From positions 7,603 through 71,602 of the forward strand of contig MPOS01000028.1 of assembly GCA_001896555.1 (NCBI GenBank): DNA of 64,000 bases, in the 5' to 3' direction. This document shows positions 57,569-64,000 of this stretch, in pieces (position 1 is the first letter of the stretch; every line of letters begins with the position of its first letter). The stretch is from Candidatus Phosphitivorax anaerolimi (GTDB lineage Bacteria; Desulfobacterota; Desulfomonilia; UBA1062). The notes below the pieces were generated by a model. The model did no database searches, was not told the DNA's origin, and saw only the letters and a list, made by a program, of their open reading frames with translations. Both the position numbers and the translations under genes were made by a program.

Positions 57569-58519
57569 CTACACGATGGGAAAAAGAAAGTTCCACAGGC
57601 TGAGACTGCCCAGCCGGGACGGAGAATAGCGCTTGCCGGAGATAATGGCCTCTGCCGCAAGGATCCCGCTTCTGACCGCCGGGCCGATGCCCTCCCCCAT
57701 GTCGATGGTGGCGAGACCGGCTGCGTCTCCGGTGATATAGATGTTGCCCAGCTGCATGGGCCCGGTGTCCTTCCTGATGAAATAAACATGCCGCCGGGGC
57801 GAGAACTCGTGGTCTCTGACCAGGGATAGCCGCCTCAGTTTTTTCTCGAACGAATCCCAGTGCTCGCGGATGCCCTTGCCGCTGCCCGCGAGCTTGCAAT
57901 GCTTCCCGCCCAGGCCTACGTTGACGAAGCCTCCGCTCTTGGGGACATACCAGGCATAGCCGGGAAGGCCCTCTTCGAAGAACCACAGCCGACTCACTGG
58001 GTCGGCGTCGGGACAGGCGAACTCCTCTTCCATGGTCACGATGAGGGATTCCCTGGGCCGGGGCCTCCTGTCGCGGAAGAAGGTCGAATATACGGGGCAG
58101 GCGGTGCCCCCTGCGCCAACCAGGAACCGGCACCTGAAGGCGTCGTCGATCACGAATGTCCGGCCTTCCTCTCGGATCGTGCGCACCCGGTGAGTGTGTA
58201 CGGGAACCCCTGCCCGCTCCAGCAACCACGAGTCGAACTCGCTGCGCCGGATGGAATACTGCTTGGTGGGCAGGGTGAAACACCTGCCATGGATGTGCAC
58301 GGTAATGCGCCTGATAGCGAGTATGCCGAACGGGTAGGCCCCGGGACGGATATCGAGGCTCCTGCAGGTGGCCGGGGTGATCCAGCCTGCACAGGGTTTT
58401 GCCCGGGGGAAGGTCTCCTTGTCGATGATAGCGACCTCCCGGCCGTACTGCCTGAGCTTCCATGCACAGCTTGCTCCTGCAGGACCGCCCCCGATCACGA
58501 TCACATCCGACTCGAGCAT
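57569..58519 (-). CDS. FAD-dependent oxidoreductase (geranylgeranyl-reductase-like flavoprotein)
   Basis: Start at MLESDVIVIGGGPAGASCAWKLRQYGREVAIIDKE (GxGxxG plus acidic end). The C-terminal GDAAG FAD motif is present. Confidence 0.7.
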   Translation of the reverse strand: MLESDVIVIGGGPAGASCAWKLRQYGREVAIIDKETFPRAKPCAGWITPATCRSLDIRPGAYPFGILAIRRITVHIHGRCFTLPTKQYSIRRSEFDSWLLERAGVPVHTHRVRTIREEGRTFVIDDAFRCRFLVGAGGTACPVYSTFFRDRRPRPRESLIVTMEEEFACPDADPVSRLWFFEEGLPGYAWYVPKSGGFVNVGLGGKHCKLAGSGKGIREHWDSFEKKLRRLSLVRDHEFSPRRHVYFIRKDTGPMQLGNIYITGDAAGLATIDMGEGIGPAVRSGILAAEAIISGKRYSPSRLGSLSLWNFLFPIV

Positions 58520-58529
58520 ACGCCCTCTC

Positions 58530-59651
58530 CTACTCAAGCCTGCAGTAGGGCTGCTGCGAGCCGGGCTTGGTCATCACCACCTGCCAGAGCTGTATGGAAC
58601 GGGACCGGAATGCCCCGGCAGAGCTCAGGAGATAGAACCGCCACATCCGGTGAAACCGCTCGTCATAGCGATCTTTCAACTCGGGCCAGTGCCGCTCGAA
58701 GTTCTCGTACCAGGCCATGAGGGTGCGGTCGTAGTCGGGTCCGAAATTGTGCCAGTCTTCCATGACCATGATCCCTTCCATGGCCCTGCCGAGCTGCGCG
58801 ATCGAGGGCACCTGCCCGTTGGGAAAGATGTATTTTGTGGTCCAGGGGTTGCCGATGGTGACGCTCACATTGCCCCCAATGGTATGGAAAAACCCGATCC
58901 CGTCGTTTTTGAGGGTCTTGTCCACCACCTCCATGTAGGTCCGGTAGTTCTTGTAGCCCACATGCTCAAGAATTCCGATGGAGATGACCCGGTCGTACTT
59001 TCCGGTCACCTCCCGGTAGTCCTGGTATCTGATATCGACCGGCAGACCTTTGCAGAGCTCTTTTCCAAGCGCCACCTGCTCTTTCGATATGGTGACCCCG
59101 GTCACCTCCGCACCATAGGTCTCTGCGGCATACCGGGCAAACGAGCCCCATCCGCACCCCAGGTCAAGAACCCGCATCCCGGGCTTTATCCCTGTCTTCC
59201 GGCATACCAGGTCCATCTTGGCCACCTGGGCTTCGTCGAGGTTTTTCGCATTTTTCCAGTAGCCGCAGGTGTAAACCATCCTCGAGTCCAGCATGGCGCG
59301 GTAGAGATCGTTGCCGATATCGTAGTGTCTCCTGCCCACCTCGTGAGCCCGCGTTCTCCTCTGGAGGTTGAACAGCAGGGCCGTGAAAGCGTGCCGGACG
59401 GCATATAGGCCGCCCTTGAGCATTCTGTCGAGCCGGGCCCTGAGCGCCCTGTCGAACAGTTGATCCAGGGCCTCGCAGTCCCACCACCCATCCATGTATG
59501 ACTCGCCCAGGGCAAGCACGCCGCCGCGCATGATCCTGTCATAGAAATCCCGATGATGTATGATGATATCCCACGGATTGTTTCCGTTGATCCCGATGCC
59601 CGCGGTGAGAAGGAGATCCCGCATGATACGCGGGGCATCATGTTTTGCCAT
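58530..59651 (-). CDS. cfa: Cyclopropane-fatty-acyl-phospholipid synthase
   Basis: 373 aa. SAM motif VLDLGCGWGSFARYAAE and the Cfa-specific N-terminal region (YDIGNDLY ... MVYTCGYW). Confidence 0.9.
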   Translation of the reverse strand: MAKHDAPRIMRDLLLTAGIGINGNNPWDIIIHHRDFYDRIMRGGVLALGESYMDGWWDCEALDQLFDRALRARLDRMLKGGLYAVRHAFTALLFNLQRRTRAHEVGRRHYDIGNDLYRAMLDSRMVYTCGYWKNAKNLDEAQVAKMDLVCRKTGIKPGMRVLDLGCGWGSFARYAAETYGAEVTGVTISKEQVALGKELCKGLPVDIRYQDYREVTGKYDRVISIGILEHVGYKNYRTYMEVVDKTLKNDGIGFFHTIGGNVSVTIGNPWTTKYIFPNGQVPSIAQLGRAMEGIMVMEDWHNFGPDYDRTLMAWYENFERHWPELKDRYDERFHRMWRFYLLSSAGAFRSRSIQLWQVVMTKPGSQQPYCRLE

Positions 59652-59739
59652 AACTCCCCCCTCATGCAGTGTCCTTGTATTAATTCATGATATGCGGGCA
59701 CCTGGCATTGTCAAGATCAACCATTCGATAGTATTGATA

Positions 59740-59952
59740 TTTTTTGTCTTTTCCAGCAACCCTGCCGGCCGGAATCCCTCCTTTGTCCTGTAAAGACGGT
59801 TTTTCACTTCAGGGAGACTCGCCTTCGAAAAGAAATACCCAGGCCCCACAGAACCCTCATGGCGATGCTCTGGTTTGCCGAGAAAGGGAATACTCCAGTA
59901 GTTCCTTTGTTTTCGCCAGGCGGACTTCGTGCGCCGCCTGGTCTTTTATTTC
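59740..59952 (+). ncRNA. Candidate small RNA (about 200 nt) from a TTGTCA-N15/17-TAGTAT/GTATTG promoter-like site to the terminator
   Basis: The region 59652..60346 is 695 bp without a credible ORF and ends in a clean terminator. This is weak, sequence-only support. Confidence 0.2.
59914..59952 (+). terminator. Intrinsic terminator: stem CCAGGCGG / CCGCCTGG followed by TCTTTTATTT
   Basis: Read directly. No plus-strand CDS lies upstream of it, so an untranslated transcript is implied. Confidence 0.55.
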
Positions 59953-60346
59953 ACCGGCGGGGAGCAAACGCTTTTACGATCCGATCCTTTCCGCTCACGG
60001 ATTACACAAGACCTTTTCCATGGCAGAGCTCCCTCCCCCGGGCATACCAGTGTTTCATGGAGACCCGGTTCTTTGGAACGATGTCCGGGCAGCATGGGAA
60101 AGAACCCATCTTCCTTGGCTCTATGCCTTGCTTTACAGATGACTCCGGACACCGGGTTTTCGGGTGCATGCTATAAAACTACAATAAGGTTATGGCCGGA
60201 GGATGAGGGGAAAGGTAAAGAGAATGGAACACGGGCCGCGGTAAAAAGGCCGGCTTAAGGGGCTGGTGATTGTCGCTCCCCATGAGACCGCCGAGCCTAT
60301 TATACCCGCTTGTCGGCAGATGCTCAACCGGGTTTCCCCGCCGGGT

Positions 60347-61441
60347 TCACAGGTGGGTCGCACGGAAGCGTATCGCCAGACAGTGGCCGGTCCCAAAGGG
60401 GTTTGTCTGGTAGATGACCTGCTCGAAAACGTTGATCTCCCAGGTTATCTTCACCATGTTCGCATCGACCGCCTCGACCCGGCAGAAGATACCTCCCGCA
60501 CCGTCTCCCGGGTCTGTCTCACCGGGGTCTGGAGAAGAGAGCGTATCGTCCTGCATCACCTCGTAATCCATGAGAAAGGTATGCTCCCTGACAAATTCAC
60601 CCTCCCATCTCCACTGGGTTGCGTCACCCGAGGCCAGCACCTTGGCAAAGGCGCTTGTAGCATCAAAGGTGGCCGAGCTGCCGTCTTCGCTGATCTCAGC
60701 GACAATGCCGCTGTTGACATAGGTCAGGTTCCTGTCCACGATGGCGGTGAGCCCGCTCTCCCTGCGCAGCACAGTCATATGGTAATAGTGGCAGAATCTG
60801 TCGTTTCCCAGATAGCATTCACCGGGCTCGAAGGAGGGATCTGTATCCGTGTCCGTAAAACCTGTATCGAGGGTGCGGGCATCGGAGGTATCCACGGCCA
60901 CGAGGTAGGTGCTGAAATGCATGGATTCCACCACGGCCAGGTTGCCTCCCGTATCCAAGCCGTACAGGGGCAGTTCCTCCCATCTGTTGTTCAGGCTGTC
61001 GTAATAGAGCACGAAGAGGTTTTCTTCCCGGACCGCGCGGCCGTCGATGATCCCGTCATTGTTGAGGTCATCGTATGGGAGATGGAGCAAGACCGGCTGG
61101 GAGAACTGGATGCCGTCCGGGTGGAAGTCGATGCACCTGCCTCCTGCCCGATACCCGGCGGGAAGAGCTTGGGGGAGATCCTTCCGGGAAATGGAGATGC
61201 CCTGCTCGCTGTCCAGGGCGCCGGCGGGAATATACACCCGGGCGCCAGAGATCCCGCTTGCAGGATCGGCGATCTCGACGATCCCGCCTTCAGGGCCGAT
61301 CACGGCCGGGGAGCCCGCGCCTCCCGCTTCGCCTTCGTCCCTGATTTTGCAGGCTGCGAAGCAGGACACAGCGAGCAGAATCGCCAGCCAGACTGCGACG
61401 CCGCTTCTCACGATGTTTCTTGGTAGATGTGTGCAGCCCAT
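60347..61441 (-). CDS. Hypothetical lipoprotein (Gly/Asp-rich, beta-rich)
   Basis: 364 aa. Signal plus lipobox-like LAILLAVSCFAAC. No motif recognised. Confidence 0.5.
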   Translation of the reverse strand: MGCTHLPRNIVRSGVAVWLAILLAVSCFAACKIRDEGEAGGAGSPAVIGPEGGIVEIADPASGISGARVYIPAGALDSEQGISISRKDLPQALPAGYRAGGRCIDFHPDGIQFSQPVLLHLPYDDLNNDGIIDGRAVREENLFVLYYDSLNNRWEELPLYGLDTGGNLAVVESMHFSTYLVAVDTSDARTLDTGFTDTDTDPSFEPGECYLGNDRFCHYYHMTVLRRESGLTAIVDRNLTYVNSGIVAEISEDGSSATFDATSAFAKVLASGDATQWRWEGEFVREHTFLMDYEVMQDDTLSSPDPGETDPGDGAGGIFCRVEAVDANMVKITWEINVFEQVIYQTNPFGTGHCLAIRFRATHL

Positions 61442-61756
61442 GTCCGATCCTTTGGAAAGTCGGCGCCGTCACCAAAAGACGCCCGTTTTGTCCTTTATCG
61501 TCACCCGGGCTCTGAGGGATGAATCTTTAAGGGGATAATCCTTCTTTGTTGATCATAAGGGGCTAAGGTGGATGAAAGCGATCAGGCGTAAAAAACCCAC
61601 GCATCGGGCGCTGAGAGCCTGCGGGCCGAGAAATGGATCGATGGTAAAACGAACCCGGCAGAGTGAATCCGGCATCAGGCTAAATCAGACCCCGGGCAGT
61701 CACCCTGCCCGGGGGCCGCAGACGGCAAGGATCCGTCCGGCCGCCTGCGGACCTGC

Positions 61757-62227
61757 TCATTGAGCGGCAGGGGGGAGATCCTCAAGCCCACCCCTTTTCT
61801 CTCTCTTGCCGTGGAAATCCCTGATCATGGTCATGAGCTTCTGGTAGCGTTCGTGTCCGAGCATCTTTCTCACCTGAAGAAAATACCGGAAACGCTCCAT
61901 GGAAAGCCTCTCCCGGCAGCGCTCGATCTTTTTGAACTGTTCCATGGCCGCCTTTTCGTCGAGGTTCTGCTGTTCGAGGATGTTTTCGAGCTCGAAGCGC
62001 TCCCGTTCAAGGTCGTTCTTGAGCTCGATCAGGCCCCGCCGATTCTGCACATAGAGCTCATCCAGCGAGTCCTTGTCGGCCTGGCTCAACTCCAGGGCAT
62101 CCGCCACCTCGGGCATCCGCCACCACCTGCCCGGAGGCCCCTCTCTCCCCATAGCCTCGGCAACGGCCGGGAACACGAATATGACCACCGCACAGGCAGC
62201 AAGCGCCGCCACACTCTTCCTTCTCAT
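61757..62227 (-). CDS. Periplasmic Spy/CpxP-like (heavy-metal-sensor family) protein
   Basis: Start at MRRKSVAALAACAVVIFVF with a perfect AAGGAGG RBS. Helical LxxxQ repeats (LELSQADKDSLDEL, KNDLERERFELENILEQQNL). Confidence 0.6.
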   Translation of the reverse strand: MRRKSVAALAACAVVIFVFPAVAEAMGREGPPGRWWRMPEVADALELSQADKDSLDELYVQNRRGLIELKNDLERERFELENILEQQNLDEKAAMEQFKKIERCRERLSMERFRYFLQVRKMLGHERYQKLMTMIRDFHGKREKRGGLEDLPPAAQ

Positions 62228-62228
62228 C

Positions 62229-62771
62229 TCACGCCTCCTTTGTTCTCGATTCCTGATCCATGTTCCAGCCTTCCACGGGTACGATGAAATCGAATATCTC
62301 TTCATCGATTCCAGCGGTTTCCTCGGGAGAGATCTCCCGGTATGCGTCGGGCAACGGGTTCTCTTCAAGCGCGAGGACCTCTGCCAGGAGCATCTCGTCT
62401 TCGGCCATCTCCTGTGCTATGTCCTGATAACTCACAGGGGAGATACTGCTTTGGAACACGGTCCACACTGCGATCAGCATAACCAGGGCAAAACCCAAAC
62501 CCGTTCCCCAGGCAAGCCTCCACAGAAGGACCGGCCTGTGCGGCAGTTCGCGACCCTCTACCGGCAGAACCGGCCTCCGTACAGGCTCAGGCGTATGCTC
62601 AGCAGCCATGTGTCCGAGCCGGCGAAGCCCGCCATCCAGCTGCTTAAGCTCCTCCCGGCAGACCGGGCACTCCCTCAGGTGCCGCCTCTGCTCGGGATCG
62701 AGATCGTTCTCGTCCACCACGTAACGGATCACCCGAGCGATGCTGCACCCTGGCTTTCGGTCTTCGCTCAT
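62229..62771 (-). CDS. Anti-sigma factor with N-terminal zinc-finger (HxxxCxxC) and one TM helix
   Basis: RRHLRECPVCREEL; TM helix at LGFALVMLIAVWTVF. Overlaps the ECF sigma gene by 4 bp. Confidence 0.7.
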   Translation of the reverse strand: MSEDRKPGCSIARVIRYVVDENDLDPEQRRHLRECPVCREELKQLDGGLRRLGHMAAEHTPEPVRRPVLPVEGRELPHRPVLLWRLAWGTGLGFALVMLIAVWTVFQSSISPVSYQDIAQEMAEDEMLLAEVLALEENPLPDAYREISPEETAGIDEEIFDFIVPVEGWNMDQESRTKEA

Positions 62772-63382
62772 GCCTTTTCCTCCTTCAGAAACCCCGAAAG
62801 GTCGCTCTCCCTGCGGAACTTCTCCACGGCGCGGTAAAGGTGCGTCTTGATAGTACTTTCATTCTTCTCCATCACCTCTGCGATCTCCCTGATGCACAGG
62901 CCGTCGAGAAACTTAAGCCTGAACACCTCTCTCTCGGACGGGGAAAGCCGGGAGAAAAACTCATTGAGGCGGGTCCAGAACTCCTTGCGCTCCAGATAGT
63001 CGGAACCGCCTCTGATCGGGTCGGGCACCTCGCTGTCATCCCGCTCGCGGGTGAACAGGGTGAAGATGGAACGCAGGCGTTTCTTTCTCAGGAAGTCATT
63101 GATCGCGTTGAGCGCGATCCGGTAGAGCCAGGGTTTGAACAGTTCCGGATCACGCAGAGACCTCACCCCCTGAAAGGCCCGCACGAAGATCTCCTGTGTG
63201 ATGTCCTCCGCGTCCATGCGCGAGGTGATCCGGCTGTACACCATGGCGAATATCCTCCTATGGTAGGCATCCATGAGCTCCTCGAACGCCTCCCGGTCTC
63301 CCGCAGCCGCCCTTCTTACGGCCGCGGCCTTATCGACCCGGCCGCAAAGATCGGTGCCTTCCTGCATCACCGCCATGCGCAT
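62768..63382 (-). CDS. ECF (sigma-70 group IV) RNA polymerase sigma factor
   Basis: Region 2 (DAEDITQEIFVRAFQG ... FKPWLYRIALN) and region 4 HTH (CIREIAEVMEKNESTIKTHLYRAVEKF). The true start may be the internal MQEGTD. Confidence 0.85.
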   Translation of the reverse strand: MRMAVMQEGTDLCGRVDKAAAVRRAAAGDREAFEELMDAYHRRIFAMVYSRITSRMDAEDITQEIFVRAFQGVRSLRDPELFKPWLYRIALNAINDFLRKKRLRSIFTLFTRERDDSEVPDPIRGGSDYLERKEFWTRLNEFFSRLSPSEREVFRLKFLDGLCIREIAEVMEKNESTIKTHLYRAVEKFRRESDLSGFLKEEKA

Positions 63383-63599
63383 CTCTTCCCTGCTCTCATC
63401 CTCATCCCCGCCGCCTCTATGGGGCGCCCGCCCGAAGCAGTTTCCGCTGCATCTACGGGTTCGGAAAATACCTTTCCGCTTCCCTTGAACAGCGGCCGTT
63501 CGACATATAGCTGCCCATAGAGACGGGGGAACAGAACTTTTTGTCTACAAAAATGGTCCCCTTCCTTAAAAAGATGGCCCAAGGCCGATGGCTGGCTCA

Positions 63600-64000
63600 T
63601 CACCGCCGCACCGGGATGCGCATCACCCTGGCTTCGTGGCCGGTGATCGCCAGAAACCGCCGGATGTCGTCAACGGCCATGATCAGAGTGCTCGTGTTCA
63701 CCAGGGGATGGCACTGCATGGACTGGCATTGCCAGAGATCCTCGTCCACGATCACCTCCACCCGGTGGTCAGGATCGTTGAGAACAGCCAGGATCGTAAC
63801 CGATCCCGGGGTGAGTCCCAAATACTGCATAAGACGCTCCTCTGATGCGAAACTCAAGCCCTTGACCGAGAGAAGCCCTTCCATGGCCTTGATATCCACC
63901 GACTTCTCCGCGCCGACCGTGACCAGGAAGTGCCTGCGTCCCTTCCGGTCTCTCAAGAAGAGGTTCTTGGTCTTTGCCGCACTCGAGGGAATGGAGAGGA
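63600..64000 (-). CDS. YbaK/ProX-type aminoacyl-tRNA deacylase domain protein, 5' end beyond the window
   Basis: The C-terminal 118 aa (GLSFASEERLMQYLGLTPGSVTILAVLND ... HPLVNTSTLIM) resemble the YbaK/EbsC family. The ORF stays open to the window edge. Confidence 0.5.
   Translation of the reverse strand, partial: LSIPSSAAKTKNLFLRDRKGRRHFLVTVGAEKSVDIKAMEGLLSVKGLSFASEERLMQYLGLTPGSVTILAVLNDPDHRVEVIVDEDLWQCQSMQCHPLVNTSTLIMAVDDIRRFLAITGHEARVMRIPVRR

Noticed and set aside
1-64000. Mobile elements, integrases, CRISPR arrays, phage or defence islands
   Set aside because: I found no transposase, recombinase, Cas-like protein or tandem direct-repeat array in any frame. The interrupted repeats I did see are single palindromes, not spacer arrays. 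The gene content is housekeeping and metabolic throughout.

Overview
GC-rich (about 60%) chromosomal segment from an anaerobic bacterium. The gene content (indolepyruvate:ferredoxin oxidoreductase, TRAP transporter, rubrerythrin-like protein, ferredoxins, three radical-SAM enzymes, a large GGDEF sensor) resembles Desulfobacterota or a related anaerobe. I can support about 57 protein-coding genes, packed on both strands. I found no rRNA, tRNA, CRISPR array, insertion sequence or integrase. Readable blocks are: (i) TetR, then a partial acetoacetate-decarboxylase-like gene; (ii) a TRAP dctPQM transporter next to an iorA-iorB-paaK-ACT arylpyruvate/arylacetate operon; (iii) mscS, dprA-topA-trmFO, cspA, pepD, pgm; (iv) a three-gene operon headed by a ParA/MinD-type ATPase fused to an AMPK-beta-type glycogen-binding module (CBM48), followed by an ATPase-dead ParA-like protein with a ParB-like N-terminal peptide and a small unknown protein; (v) TPR-containing membrane proteins, a 1348-aa multi-TM GAF-GGDEF protein, orphan radical-SAM enzymes; (vi) asd, cysE-cysK, a MarR-MBL pair, cfa, and an ECF sigma / anti-sigma / Spy-like envelope-stress module. 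The ParA-CBM48 operon is the best candidate for an undescribed system (a possible glycogen/alpha-glucan granule positioning machine). Other points worth a second look: a Phe/Tyr-rich mini-ORF plus intrinsic terminator in the iorA leader, paired TetR-type palindromic operators, and a 700-bp ORF-free region with a promoter-like site and a terminator that could be an sRNA. All calls come from reading the translations and DNA by eye; no database searches were run.
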